From: the human T2T-CHM13v2.0 reference genome, Homo sapiens
Assembly (NCBI RefSeq): GCF_009914755.1
Contig: NC_060939.1
Direction: 5' to 3' (one strand)
DNA: 64,000 nucleotides
How positions within the stretch are numbered: position 1 is the stretch's first letter; each line of letters opens with the position of its first letter. The notes under the pieces are model-generated. The model did no database searches. It worked only from the letters and a program-made list of their open reading frames with translations, and had not been told where the DNA came from. A program made the position numbers and the translations under genes. Below, piece after piece: positions 40,365 to 56,485 of the stretch.

Positions 40365-43300
40365 TTGAGTCCATTCAATTCCATTCCTTTCGTTTCCATT
40401 CCATTTGATGCCATTCCATTCAATTCTGTTCTACTCGACTCCAATACATTCAATTCCATTCCATCCGATTCCATTACATTCTTTTCATTTCTTATCCATT
40501 TCAAGCCATTCCACTCCATTCCATTCCACTCGTTTCCTTTCCATTCGAGTCCATTCCTCTCCAGTCCATTCCGTTCAATCCATTCCATTCCAGTCCATTC
40601 CATTCGAGTCCGTTCCATTCCAGTCCATTCCATTCGAGTCAATTCCATTCCATTCGATGTCTTTCCATAACGATCCATTCCATTCTATTCCTTTCGATTC
40701 CATTCCATTCTATTTCATTCCATTCGATTCCCTTCCATTGGACTCCTTTCCATTCGAGTGCATTCCATTCCTTTCCATTTCTTTCCGTTCTGTACGATTC
40801 CTACCGTTCGATTTCATTTTGTTCCAGTCCATTCCTTTCGCGTCCATTCCATTCCATTTCACTCCATTCGATTCCATTCCACTCGATTCCACTTCGTTCC
40901 ATTTCATTGCATTCCATTCTATTCAACTCTATTGCCTTCCATTCCATTCCATTCGATTACATTCCATGAGATTCCATTCGAAATCGAATCAATTACATTG
41001 CAATCCATTACTATTGAGTCCGTTTTATTCCAGTCCACTGCATTCTGGTCCATTCCATTTGATTCCATTCCATTCTATTCCATTTCATACAGTTGCATTC
41101 CATTGGATTCCATGCTATATCTATAAATTCAATTCGAGACCATTGCTTTTGAGTCCATTCTATATGATTCCATTCCATTCAAGTCCATTACATTTGGTTC
41201 AATTCCATTCCATTCCATTCCCTTCCATTCCATTCCAGTTGATATCAATCCATTCGATTCCATTCCATTCGAGCACATTCCATTCGAGTCCATTCCATTC
41301 GATGCCATTCCATTTGATTCTATTCCATTAGTCTCCATTCAATTCCATTAATCTCCATTCCATTCCATTCTACTCCAACTGATTCCATTTCATTATATTC
41401 CTTTCCATTCCATTTCATTCCATTCCATTCCATTTCATTCCATTCCATTCCATTCCATTCGTGTCCATTCCACTCCAGTCCATTCCATTCGTGTCCATTC
41501 CATTCCAGTCCATTCCATTTGTGTCCCCTGCATTCCATTAAACTCCATTCCATATTATTCCATTACACTCCATTCAATTCTATTACTTTCATTTCCATTC
41601 AATTCCATTCCATTTGATTCCATTCCACTCGGTTTCATTCCATTTGAGTCCACTCCATTCCATTCCATTCCATTCCATTCCATTCAGTTCCATTCCATTC
41701 TATTCCATTCCATTCCGTTCCATTACATTCCATTCCATTCGGTACCATTCCATATTGTTCCATTCGATTCCATTCGAATCCATTCCATTCCAGTCCATTC
41801 CATTCGATTCCATTCCATTCATTTGAATTCCATTCCATTCCATTCCATTACATTCCACTTGATTCCTCTCCATTCCCTTCCACTGCATTCCGTTCGATTC
41901 CATTCCATTGCATTGCATTCCATTCCATTGGATTGCATTCCATTCGATTCCATTCCATTCGAATCAATTACATAGCAATCCATTACATTCGAGTCTATTC
42001 TATTCCGTTCCATTCGATTTCGTTCCAATCCATTCGATTCCATTCCATTCGATTCCATTCCATACTATTGCATTCCATTCGATTACATTATATTCGAATA
42101 AGTTCCATTCAAGACCATTTCTTTTGAGTCCATTCTATTTGAGTCCATTCCCTTTGATTCCATAACATTTGAGTCCATTCAATTCCATTCCTTTCGTTCC
42201 CATTCCATTTGATGCCATTCCATTCAATTCTGTTCTACTCGACTCCAATACATTCAATTCCATTCCATCCGATTCCATTACATTCTTTTCATTTCTTATC
42301 CATTTCAAGCCATTCCACTCCATTCCATTCCACTCGTTTCCTTTCCATTCGAGTCCATTCCTCTCCAGTCCATTCCGTTCAATCCATTCCATTCCAGTCC
42401 ATTCCATTCGAGTCCGTTCCATTCCAGTCCACTCCATTCGAGTCAATTCCATCCCATTCGATGTCTTTCCATAACGATCCATTCCATTCTATTCCTTTCG
42501 ATTCCATTCCATTCTATTTCATTCCATTCGATTCCCTTCCATTGGACTCCTTTCCATTCGAGTGCATTCCATTCCGTTCCATTTCTTACCGTTCTGTACG
42601 ATTCCTACCGTTCGATTTCATTTTGTTCCAGTCCATTCCTTTCGCGTCCATTCCATTCCATTTCACTCCATTCGATTCCATTCCACTCGATTCCACTTCG
42701 TTCCATTTCATTGCATTCCATTCTATTCAACTCTATTGCCTTCCATTCCATTCCATTCGATTACATTCCATGCGATTCCATTCGAAATCGAATCAATTAC
42801 ATTGCAATCCATTACTATTGAGTCCATTTTATTCCAGTCCACTGCATTCTGGTCCATTCCATTTGATTCCATTCCATTCTATTCCATTCCATACAGTTGC
42901 ATTCCATTGGATTCCATTCTATATCTATAAATTCAATTCGAGACCATTGCTTTTGAATCCATTCTATATGATTCCATTCCATTCAAGTCCATTACATTTG
43001 GTTCAATTCCATTCCATTCCATTCCCTTCCATTCCATTCCAGTTGATATCAATCCATTCGATTCCATTCCATTCGAGCACATTCCATTTGAGTCCATTCC
43101 ATTCGATGCCATTGCATTTGATTCTATTCCATTAGTCTCCATTCAATTCCATTAATCTCCATTCCATTCCATTCTACTCCAACTGATTCCATTCCATTCT
43201 ATTCCTTTCCATTCCATTTCATTCCATTCCATTCCATTTCATTCCATTCCATACCATTCGCTTCCATTCCATTCGTGTGCATTCCACTCCAGTCCATTCC

Positions 43301-46300
43301 ATTCGTGTCCATTCCATTCCAGTCCATTCCATTTGTGTCCACTGCATTCCATTCCACTCCATTCCATATTATTCCATTACACTCCATTCCATTCTATTAC
43401 TTTCATTTCCATTCAATTCCATTCCATTTGATTCCATTGCACTCGGTTTCATTCCATTTGAGTCCACTCCATTCCATTCCATTCCATTCCATTCAGTTCC
43501 ATTCCATTCTGTTCCATTCCATTCCGTTCCATTGCATTCCATTCCATTCGGTACCATTCCATATTGTTCCATTCGATTCCATTCGAATCCATTCCATTCC
43601 AGTCCATTGCATTCGATTCCATTCCATTCCTTTCAATTCCATTCCATTCCATTCCATTCCACTTGATTCCACTCCATTCCCTTCCACTGCATTCCATTCG
43701 ATTCCATTCCATTGCATTGCATTCCATTCCATTGGACTGCATTCCATTCGATTCCATTCCATTCGAATCAATTACATAGCAATCCATTACATTCGAGTCT
43801 ATTCTATTCCGTTCCATTCGATTTCGTTCCAATCCATTCGATTCCATTCCATTCGATTCCATTCAATACTATTGCATTCCATTCTATTACATTATATTCG
43901 AATAAGTGCCATTCAAGACCATTTCTTTTGAGTCCATTCTATTTGAGTCCATTCCCTTTGATTCCATAACATTTGAGTCCATTCAATTCCATTCCTTTCG
44001 TTTCCATTCCATTTGATGCCATTCCATTCAATTCTGTTCTACTCGACTCCAATACATTCAATTCCATTCCATCCGATTCCATTACATTCTTTTCATTTCT
44101 TATCCATTTCAAGCCATTCCACTCCATTCCATTCCACTCGTTTCCTTTCCATTCGAGTCCATTCCTCTCCAGTCCATTCCGTTCAATCCATTCCATTCCA
44201 GTCCATTCCATTCGAGTCCGTTCCATTCCAGTCCATTCCATTCGAGTCAATTCCATTCCATTCGATGTCTTTCCATAACGATCCATTCCATTCTATTCCT
44301 TTCGATTCCATTCCATTCTATTTCATTCCATTCGATTCCCTTCCATTGGACTCCTTTCCATTCGAGTGCATTCCATTCCGTTCCATTTCTTTCCGTTCTG
44401 TACGATTCCTACCGTTCGATTTCATTTTGTTCCAGTCCATTCCTTTCGCGTCCATTCCATTCCATTTCACTCCATTCGATTCCATTCCACTCGATTCCAC
44501 TTCGTTCCATTTCATTGCATTCCATTCTATTCAACTCTATTGCCTTCCATTCCATTCCATTCGATTACATTCCATGCGATTCCATTCGAAATCGAATCAA
44601 TTACATTGCAATCCATTACTATTGAGTCCGTTTTATTCCAGTCCACTGCATTCTGGTCCATTCCATTTGATTCCATTCCATTCTATTCCATTCCATACAG
44701 TTGCATTCCATTGGATTCCATGCTATATCTATAAATTCAATTCGAGACCATTGCTTTTGAGTCCATTCTATATGATTCCATTCCATTCAAGTCCATTACA
44801 TTTGGTTCAATTCCATTCCATTCCATTCCCTTCCATTCCATTCCAGTTGATATCAATCCATTCGATTCCATTCCATTCGAGCACATTCCATTCGAGTCCA
44901 TTCCATTCGATGCCATTCCATTTGATTCTATTCCATTAGTCTCCATTCAATTCCATTAATCTCCATTCCATTCCATTCTACTCCAACTGATTCCATTCCA
45001 TTCTATTCCTTTCCATTCCATTTCATTCCATTCCATTCCATTTCATTCCATTCCATTCCATTCGTGTCCATTCCACTCCAGTCCATTCCATTCGTGTCCA
45101 TTCCATTCCAGTCCATTCCATTTGTGTTCCCTGCATTCCATTCCACTCCATTCCATATTATTCCATTATACTCCATTCCATTCTATTACTTTCATTTCCA
45201 TTCAATTCCATTCCATTTGATTCCATTCCACTCGGTTTCATTCCATTTGAGTCCACTCCATTCCATTCCATTCCATTCCATTCCATTCAGTTCCATTCCA
45301 TTCTGTTCCATTCCATTCCGTTCCATTACATTCCATTCCATTCGGTACCATTCCATATTGTTCCATTCGATTCCATTCGAATCCATTCCATTCCAGTCCA
45401 TTCCATTCGATTCCATTCCATTCATTTCAATTCCATTCCCTTCCATTCCATTACATTCCACTTGATTCCTCTCCATTCCCTTCCACTGCATTCCGTTCGA
45501 TTCCATTCCATTGCATTGCATTCCATTCCATTGGATTGCATTCCATTCGATTCCATTCCATTCGAATCAATTACATAGCAATCCATTACATTCGAGTCTA
45601 TTCTATTCCGTTCCATTCGATTTCGTTCCAATCCATTCGATTCCATTCCATTCGATTCCATTCCATACTATTGCATTCCATTCTATTACATTATATTCGA
45701 ATAAGTTCCATTCAAGACCATTTCTTTTGAGTCCATTCTATTTGAGTCCATTCCCTTTGATTCCATAACATTTGAGTCCATTCAATTCCATTCCTTTCGT
45801 TCCCATTCCATTTGACGCCATTCCATTCAATTCTGTTCTACTCGACTCCAATACATTCAATTCCATTCCATCCGATTCCATTACATTCTTTTCATTTCTT
45901 ATCCATTTCAAGCCATTCCACTCCATTCCATTCCACTCGTTTCCTTTCCATTCGAGTCCATTCCTCTCCAGTCCATTCCGTTCAATCCATTCCATTCCAG
46001 TCCATTCCATTCGAGTCCGTTCCATTCCAGTCCACTCCATTCGAGTCAATTCCATCCCATTCGATGTCTTTCCATAACGATCCATTCCATTCTATTCCTT
46101 TCGATTCCATTCCATTCTATTTCATTCCATTCGATTCCCTTCCATTGGACTCCTTTCCATTCGAGTGCATTCCATTCCGTTCCATTTCTTACCGTTCTGT
46201 ACGATTCCTACCGTTCGATTTCATTTTGTTCCAGTCCATTCCTTTCGCGTCCATTCCATTCCATTTCACTCCATTCGATTCCATTCCACTCGATTCCACT

Positions 46301-49300
46301 TCGTTCCATTTCATTGCATTCCATTCTATTCAACTCTATTGCCTTCCATTCCATTCCATTCGATTACATTCCATGCGATTCCATTCGAAATCGAATCAAT
46401 TACATTGCAATCCATTACTATTGAGTCCGTTTTATTCCAGTCCACTGCATTCTGGTCCATTCCATTTGATTCCATTCCATTCTATTCCATTCCATACAGT
46501 TGCATTCCATTGGATTCCATGCTATATCTATAAATTCAATTCGAGACCATTGCTTTTGAGTCCATTCTATATGATTCCATTCCATTCAAGTCCATTACAT
46601 TTGGTTCAATTCCATTCCATTCCATTCCCTTCCATTCCATTCCAGTTGATATCAATCCATTCGATTCCATTCCATTCGAGCACATTCCATTTGAGTCCAT
46701 TCCATTCGATGCCATTCCATTTGATTCTATTCCATTAGTCTCCATTCAATTCCATTAATCTCCATTCCATTCCATTCTACTCCAACTGATTCCATTCCAT
46801 TCTATTCCTTTCCATTCCATTTCATTCCATTCCATTCCATTTCATTCCATTCCATTCCATTCGCTTCCATTCCATTCGTGTGCATTCCACTCCAGTCCAT
46901 TCCATTCGTGTCCATTCCATTCCAGTCCATTCCATTTGTGTCCACTGCATTCCATTCCACTCCATTCCATATTATTCCATTACACTCCATTCCATTCTAT
47001 TACTTTCATTTCCATTCAATTCCATTCCATTTGATTCCATTCGACTCGGTTTCATTCCATTTGAGTCCACTCCATTCCATTCCATTCCATTCCATTCAGT
47101 TCCATTCCATTCCGTTCCATTCCATTCCGTTCCATTGCATTCCATTCCATTCGGTACCATTCCATATTGTTCCATTCGATTCCATTCAAATCCATTCCAT
47201 TCCAGTCCATTCCATTCGATTCCATTCCATTCCTTTCAATTCCATTCCATTCCACTTGATTCCACTCCATTCCCTTCCACTGCATTCCATTCGATTCCAT
47301 TCCATTGCATTGCATTCCATTCCATTGGACTGCATTCCATTCGATTCCATTCCATTCGAATCAATTACATAGCAATCCATTACATTCGAGTCTATTCTAT
47401 TCCGTTCCATTCGATTTCGTTCCAATCCATTCGATTCCATTCCATTCGATTCCATTCCATACTATTGCATTCCATTCTATTACATTATATTCGAATAAGT
47501 GCCATTCAAGACCATTTCTTTTGAGTCCATTCTATTTGAGTCCATTCCCTTTGATTCCATAACATTTGAGTCCATTCAATTCCATTCCTTTCGTTTCCAT
47601 TCCATTTGATGCCATTCCATTCAATTCTGTTCTACTCGACTCCAATACATTCAATTCCATTCCATCCGATTCCATTACATTCTTTTCATTTCTTATCCAT
47701 TTCAAGCCATTCCACTCCATTCCATTCCACTCGTTTCCTTTCCATTCGAGTCCATTCCTCTCCAGTCCATTCCGTTCAATCCATTCCATTCCAGTCCATT
47801 CCATTCGAGTCCGTTCCATTCCAGTCCATTCCATTCGAGTCAATTCCATTCCATTCGATGTCTTTCCATAACGATCCATTCCATTCTATTCCTTTCGATT
47901 CCATTCCATTCTATTTCATTCCATTCGATTCCCTTCCATTGGACTCCTTTCCATTCGAGTGCATTCCATTCCTTTCCATTTCTTTCCGTTCTGTACGATT
48001 CCTACCGTTCGATTTCATTTTGTTCCAGTCCATTCCTTTCGCGTCCATTCCATTCCATTTCACTCCATTCGATTCCATTCCACTCGATTACACTTCGTTC
48101 CATTTCATTGCATTCCATTCTATTCAACTCTATTGCCTTCCATTCCATTCCATTCGATTACATTCCATGAGATTCCATTCGAAATCGAATCAATTACATT
48201 GCAATCCATTACTATTGAGTCCGTTTTATTCCAGTCCACTGCATTCTGGTCCATTCCATTTGATTCCATTCCATTCTATTCCATTCCATACAGTTGCATT
48301 CCATTGGATTCCATGCTATATCTATAAATTCAATTCGAGACCATTGCTTTTGAGTCCATTCTATATGATTCCATTCCATTCAAGTCCATTACATTTGGTT
48401 CAATTCCATTCCATTCCATTCCCTTCCATTCCATTCCAGTTGATATCAATCCATTCGATTCCATTCCATTCGAGCACATTCCATTCGAGTCCATTCCATT
48501 CGATGCCATTCCATTTGATTCTATTCCATTAGTCTCCATTCAATTCCATTAATCTCCATTCCATTCCATTCTACTCCAACTGATTCCATTTCATTATATT
48601 CCTTTCCATTCCATTTCATTCCATTCCATTCCATTTCATTCCATTCCATTCCATTCGTGTCCATTCCACTCCAGTCCATTCCATTCGTGTCCATTCCATT
48701 CCAGTCCATTCCATTTGTGTCCCCTGCATTCCATTAAACTCCATTCCATATTATTCCATTACACTCCATTCAATTCTATTACTTTCATTTCCATTCAATT
48801 CCATTCCATTTGATTCCATTCCACTCGGTTTCATTCCATTTGAGTCCACTCCATTCCATTCCATTCCATTCCATTCCATTCAGTTCCATTCCATTCTATT
48901 CCATTCCATTCCGTTCCATTACATTCCATTCCATTCGGTACCATTCCATATTGTTCCATTCGATTCCATTCGAATCCATTCCATTCCAGTCCATTCCATT
49001 CGATTCCATTCCATTCATTTGAATTCCATTCCATTCCATTCCATTACATTCCACTTGATTCCTCTCCATTCCCTTCCACTGCATTCCGTTCGATTCCATT
49101 CCATTGCATTGCATTCCATTCCATTGGATTGCATTCCATTCGATTCCATTCCATTCGAATCAATTACATAGCAATCCATTACATTCGAGTCTATTCTATT
49201 CCGTTCCATTCGATTTCGTTCCAATCCATTCGATTCCATTCCATTCGATTCCATTCCATACTATTGCATTCCATTCGATTACATTATATTCGAATAAGTT

Positions 49301-49364
49301 CCATTCAAGACCATTTCTTTTGAGTCCATTCTATTTGAGTCCATTCCCTTTGATTCCATAACAT
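40365..49364 (+). repeat. Dimeric block (P-Q-P'-Q-P), ~3.6 kb period
   Basis: Q units (42169, 45772) share GTTCCC, CAGTCCACTCC, TCTTACC, GTGTGCATT and ATAAGTGCC. P units (40365, 47566) share CATGAGATT, TCATTATATT, CCCCTGCATTCCATTAAACT and GAATTC. Confidence 0.82.
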
Positions 49365-52300
49365 TTGAGTCCATTCAATTCCATTCCTTTCGTTTCCATT
49401 CCATTTGATGCCATTCCATTCAATTCTGTTCTACTCGACTCCAATACATTCAATTCCATTCCATCCGATTCCATTACATTCTTTTCATTTCTTATCCATT
49501 TCAAGCCATTCCACTCCATTCCATTCCACTCGTTTCCTTTCCATTCGAGTCCATTCCTCTCCAGTCCATTCCGTTCAATCCATTCCATTCCAGTCCATTC
49601 CATTCGAGTCCGTTCCATTCCAATCCAATCCATTCGAGTCAATTCCATCCCATTCGATGTCTTTCCATAACGATCCATTCCATTCTATTCCTTTCGATTC
49701 CATTCCATTCTATTTCATTCCATTCGATTCCCTTCCATTGGACTCCTTTCCATTCGAGTGCATTCCATTCCGTTCCATTTCTTTCCGTTCTGTACGATTC
49801 CTACCGTTCGATTTCATTTTGTTCCAGTCCATTCCTTTCGCGTCCATTCCATTCCATTTCACTCCATTCGATTCCATTCCACTCGATTCCACTTCGTTCC
49901 ATTTCATTGCATTCCATTCTATTCAACTCTATTGCCTTCCATTCCATTCCATTCGATTACATTCCATGCGATTCCATTCGAAATCGAATCAATTACATTG
50001 CAATCCATTACTATTGAGTCCATTTTATTCCAGTCCACTGCATTCTGGTCCATTCCATATGATTCCATTCCATTCTATTCCATTCCATACAGTTGCATTC
50101 CATTGGATTCCATTCTATATCTATAAATTCAATTGGAGACCATTGCTTTTGAGTCCATTCTATATGATTCCATTCCATTCAAGTCCATTACATTTGGTTC
50201 AATTCCATTCCATTCCATTCCCTTCCATTCCATTCCAGTTGATATCAATCCATTCGATTCCATTCCATTCGAGCACATTCCATTCGAGTCCATTCCATTC
50301 GATGCCATTCCATTTGATTCTATTCCATTAGTCTCCATTCAATTCCATTAATCTCCATTCCATTCCATTCTACTCCAACTGATTCCATTCCATTCTATTC
50401 CTTTCCATTCCATTTCATTCCATTCCATTCCATTTCATTCCATTCCATTCCATTCGCTTCCATTCCATTCGTGTCCATTCCACTCCAGTCCATTCCATTT
50501 GTGTCCACTGCATTCCATTCCACTCCATTCCATATTATTCCATTACACTCCATTCCATTCTATTACTTTCATTTCCATTCAATTCCATTCCATTTGATTC
50601 CATTCCACTCGGTTTCATTCCATTTGAGTCCACTCCATTCCATTCCATTCCATTCCATTCAGTTCCATTCCATTCCGTTCCATTGCATTCCATTCCATTC
50701 GGTACCATTCCATATTGTTCCATTCGATTCCATTCGAATCCATTCCATTCCAGTCCATTCCATTCGATTCCATTCCATTCCTTTCAATTCCATTCCATTC
50801 CATTCCATTCCACTTGATTCCACTCCATTCCCTTCCACTGCATTCCATTCGATTCCTTTCCATTGCATTGCATTCCATTCCATTGGACTGCATTCCATTC
50901 GATTCGATTCCATTCGAATCAATTACATAGCAATCCATTACATTCGAGTCTATTCTATTCCGTTCCATTCGATTTCGTTCCAATCCATTCGATTCCATTC
51001 CATTCGATTCCATTCCATACTATTGCATTCCATTCTATTACATTATATTCGAATAATTTCCATTCAAGACCATTTCTTTTGAGTCCATTCTATTTGAGTC
51101 CATTCCCTTTGATTCCATAACATTTGAGTCCATTCAATTCCATTCCTTTCGTTTGCATTCCATTTGATGCCATTCCATTCAATTCTGTTCTACTCGACTC
51201 CAATACATTCAATTCCATTCCATCCGATTCCATTACATTCTTTTCATTTCTTATCCATTTCAAGCCATTCCACTCCATTCCATTCCACTCGTTTCCTTTC
51301 CTTTCGAGTCCATTCCTCTCCAGTCCATTCCGTTCAATCCATTCCATTCCAGTCCATTCCATTCGAGTCCGTTCCATTCCAGTCCATTCCATTCGAGTCA
51401 ATTCCATTCCATTCGATGTCTTTCCATAACGATCCATTCCATTCTATTCCTTTCGATTCCATTCCATTCTATTTCATTCCATTCGATTCCCTTCCATTGG
51501 ACTCCTTTCCATTCGAGTGCATTCCATTCCGTTCCATTTCTTTCCGTTCTGTACGATTCCTACCGTTCGATTTCATTTTGTTCCAGTCCATTCCTTTCGC
51601 GTCCATTCCATTCCATTTCACTCCATTCGATTCCATTCCACTCGATTCCACTTCGTTCCATTTCATTGCATTCCATTCCATTCAACTCTATTGCCTTCCA
51701 TTCCATTCCATTCGATTACATTCCATGCGATTCCATTCGAAATCGAATCAATTACATTGCAATCCATTACTATTGAGTCCGTTTTATTCCAGTCCACTGC
51801 ATTCTGGTCCATTCCATTTGATTCCATTCCATTCTATTCCATTCCATACAGTTGCATTCCATTGGATTCCATGCTATATCTATAAATTCAATTCGAGACC
51901 ATTGCCTTTGAGTCCATTCTATATGATTCCATTCCATTCAAGTCCATTACATTTGGTTCAATTCCATTCCATTCCATTCCCTTCCATTCCATTCCAGTTG
52001 ATATCAATCCATTCGATTCCATTCCATTCGAGCACATTCCATTTGAGTCCATTCCATTCGATGCCATTCCATTTGATTCTATTCCATTAGTCTCCATTCA
52101 ATTCCATTAATCTCCATTCCATTCCATTCTACTCCAACTGATTCCATTCCATTCTATTCCTTTCCATTCCATTTCATTCCATTCCATTCCATTTCATTCC
52201 ATTCCATTCCATTCGCTTCCATTCCATTCGTGTCCATTCCACTCCAGTCCATTCCATTCGTGTCCATTCCATTCCAGTCCATTCCATTTGTGTCCACTGC

Positions 52301-55300
52301 ATTCCATTCCACTCCATTCCATATTATTCCATTACACTCCATTCCATTCTATTACTTTCATTTCCATTCAATTCCATTCCATTTGATTCCATTCCACTCG
52401 GTTTCATTCCATTTGAGTCCACTCCATTCCATTCCATTCCATTCAGTTCCATTCCATTCTGTTCCATTCCATTCCGTTCCATTGCATTCCATTCCATTCG
52501 GTACCATTCCATATTTTTCCATTCGATTCCATTCGAATCCATTCCATTCCAGTCCATTCCATTCGATTCCATTCCATTCATTTCAATTCCATTCCATTCC
52601 ATTCCATTCCATTCCATTACATTCCACTTGATTCCTCTCCATTCCCTTCCACTGCATTCCGTTCGATTCCATTCCATTGCATTGCATTCCATTCCATTGG
52701 ATTGCATTCCATTCGATTCCATTCCATTCGAATCAATTACATAGCAATCCATTGCATTCGAGTCTATTCTATTCCGTTCCATTCGATTTCGTTCCAATCC
52801 ATTCGATTCCATTCCATTCGATTCCATTCCATACTATTGCATTCCATTCGATTACATTATATTCGAATAAGTTCCATTCAAGACCATTTCTTTTGAGTCC
52901 ATTCTATTTGAGTCCATTCCCTTTGATTCCATAACATTTGAGTCCATTCAATTCCATTCCTTTCGTTTCCATTCCATTTGATGCCATTCCATTCAATTCT
53001 GTTCTACTCGACTCCAATACATTCAATTCCATTCCATCCGATTCCATTACATTCTTTTCATTTCTTATCCATTTCAAGCCATTCCACTCCATTCCATTCC
53101 ACTCGTTTCCTTTCCATTCGAGTCCATTCCTCTCCAGTCCATTCCATTCAATCCATTCCATTCCAGTCCATTCCATTCGAGTCCGTTCCATTCCAGTCCA
53201 ATCCATTCGAGTCAATTCCATCCCATTCGATGTCTTTCCATAACGATCCATTCCATTCTATTCCTTTCGATTCCATTCCATTCTATTTCATTCCATTCGA
53301 TTCCCTTCCATTGGACTCCTTTCCATTCGAGTGCATTCCATTCCGTTCCATTTCTTTCCGTTCTGTACGATTCCTACCGTTCGATTTCATTTTGTTCCAG
53401 TCCATTCCTTTCGCGTCCATTCCATTCCATTTCACTCCATTCGATTCCATTCCACTCGATTCCACTTCGTTCCATTTCATTGCATTCCATTCTATTCAAC
53501 TCTATTGCCTTCCATTCCATTCCATTCGATTACATTCCATGCGATTCCATTCGAAATCGAATCAATTACATTGCAATCCATTACTATTGAGTCCATTTTA
53601 TTCCAGTCCACTGCATTCTGGTCCATTCCATATGATTCCATTCCATTCTATTCCATTCCATACAGTTGCGTTCCATTGGATTCCATTCTATATCTATAAA
53701 TTCAATTGGAGACCATTGCTTTTGAGTCCATTCTATATGATTCCATTCCATTCAAGTCCATTACATTTGGTTCAATTCCATTCCATTCCATTCCCTTCCA
53801 TTCCATTCCAGTTGATATCAATCCATTCGATTCCATTCCATTCGAGCACATTCCATTCGAGTCCATTCCATTCGATGCCATTCCATTTGATTCTATTCCA
53901 TTAGTCTCCATTCAATTCCATTGATCTCCATTCCATTCCATTCTACTCCAACTGATTCCATTCCATTCTATTCCTTTCCATTCCATTTCATTCCATTCCA
54001 TTCCATTTCATTTCATTCCATTCCATTCGCTTCCATTCCATTCGTGTCCATTCCACTCCAGTCCATTCCATTTGTGTCCACTGCATTCCATTCCACTCCA
54101 TTCCATATTATTCCATTACACTCCATTCCATTCTATTACTTTCATTTCCATTCAATTCCATTCCATTTGATTCCATTCCACTCGGTTTCATTCCATTTGA
54201 GTCCACTCCATTCCATTCCATTCCATTCCATTCAGTTCCATTCCATTCCGTTCCATTGCATTCCATTCCATTCGGTACCATTCCATATTGTTCCATTCGA
54301 TTCCATTCGAATCCATTCCATTCCAGTCCATTCCATTCGATTCCATTCCATTCCTTTCAATTCCATTCCATTCCATTCCATTCCACTTGATTCCACTCCA
54401 TTCCCTTCCACTGCATTCCATTCGATTCCATTCCATTGCATTGCATTCCATTCCATTGGACTGCATTCCATTCGATTCGATTCCATTCGAATCAATTACA
54501 TAGCAATCCATTACATTCAAGTCTATTCTATTCCGTTCCATTCGATTTCGTTCCAATCCATTCGATTCCATTCCATTCGATTCCATTCCATACTATTGCA
54601 TTCCATTCTATTACATTATATTCGAATAATTTCCATTCAAGACCATTTCTTTTGAGTCCATTCTATTTGAGTCCATTCCCTTTGATTCCATAACATTTGA
54701 GTCCATTCAATTCCATTCCTTTCGTTTGCATTCCATTTGATGCCATTCCATTCAATTCTGTTCTACTCGACTCCAATACATTCAATTCCATTCCATCCGA
54801 TTCCATTACATTCTTTTCATTTCTTATCCATTTCAAGCCATTCCACTCCATTCCATTCCACTCGTTTCCTTTCCTTTCGAGTCCATTCCTCTCCAGTCCA
54901 TTCCGTTCAATCCATTCCATTCCAGTCCATTCCATTCGAGTCCGTTCCATTCCAGTCCATTCCATTCGAGTCAATTCCATTCCATTCGATGTCTTTCCAT
55001 AACGATCCATTCCATTCTATTCCTTTCGATTCCATTCCATTCTATTTCATTCCATTCGATTCCCTTCCATTGGACTCCTTTCCATTCGAGTGCATTCCAT
55101 TCCGTTCCATTTCTTTCCGTTCTGTACGATTCCTACCGTTCGATTTCATTTTGTTCCAGTCCATTCCTTTCGCGTCCATTCCATTCCATTTCACTCCATT
55201 CGATTCCATTCCACTCGATTCCACTTCGTTCCATTTCATTGCATTCCATTCTATTCAACTCTATTGCCTTCCATTCCATTCCATTCGATTACATTCCATG
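49365..55300 (+). repeat. Dimeric duplication, 3573 bp period
   Basis: CATATG occurs at 50056 and 53629, AATTGGAGAC at ~50131/~53704, GAATAATTTCC at ~51051/~54624 and TTCCTTTCGAGTCC at ~51298/~54871. Both copies contain a 1759-bp unit with identical deletions. The right boundary is approximate. Confidence 0.86.
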
Positions 55301-56485
55301 CGATTCCATTCGAAATCGAATCAATTACATTGCAATCCATTACTATTGAGTCCGTTTTATTCCAGTCCACTGCATTCTGGTCCATTCCATTTGATTCCAT
55401 TCCATTTTATTCCATTCCATACAGTTGCATTCCATTGGATTCCATGCTGTATCTATAAATTCAATTCGAGACCATTGCTTTTGAGTCTATTCTATATGTT
55501 TCCATTCCATTCAAGTCCATTACATTTGTTTCAATTCCATTCCATTCCATTCCCTTCCATTCCATTCCAGTTGATATCAATCCATTCGATTCCATTCCAT
55601 TCGAGCACATTCCATTCGAGTCCATTCCATTCGATGCCATTCCATTTGATTCTATTCCATTAGTCTCCATTCAATTCCATTAATCTCCATTCCATTCCAT
55701 TCTACTCCAACTGATTCCATTCCATTCTATTCCTTTCCATTCCATTTCATTCCATTCCATTCCATTTCATTCCATTCCATTCCATTCGCTTCCATTCCAT
55801 TCGTGTCCATTCCACTCCAGTCCATTCCATTTGTGTCCACTGCATTCCATTCCACTCCATTCCATATTATTCCATTACACTCCATTCCATTCTATTACTT
55901 TCATTTCCATTCAATTCCATTCCATTTGATTCCATTCCACTCGGTTTCATTCCATTTGAGTCCATTCCATTCCATTCCATTCCATTCAGTTCCATTCCAT
56001 TCTGTTCCGTTCCATTCCATTCTGTTCCATTCCATTCCGTTCCATTGCATTCCATTCCATTCGGTACCATTCCATATTGTTCCATTCGATTCCATTCGAA
56101 TCCATTCCATTCCAGTCCATTCCATTCGATTCCATTCCATTCCTTTCAATTCCATTCCATTCCATTCCATTCCACTTGATTCCACTCCATTCCCTTCCAC
56201 TGCATTCCATTCGATTCCATTCCATTGCATTGCATTCCATTCCATTGGACTGCATTCCATTCGATTCCATTCCATTCGAATCAATTACATAGCAATCCAT
56301 TACATTCGAGTCTATTCTATTCCATTCCATTCGATTTCGTTCCAATCCATTCGATTCCATTCCATTCGATTCCATTCCATACTATTGCATTCCATTCTAT
56401 TACATTATATTCGAATAAGTTCCATTCAAGACCATTTCTTTTGAGTCCATTCTATTTGAGTCCATTCCCTTTGATTCCATAACAT

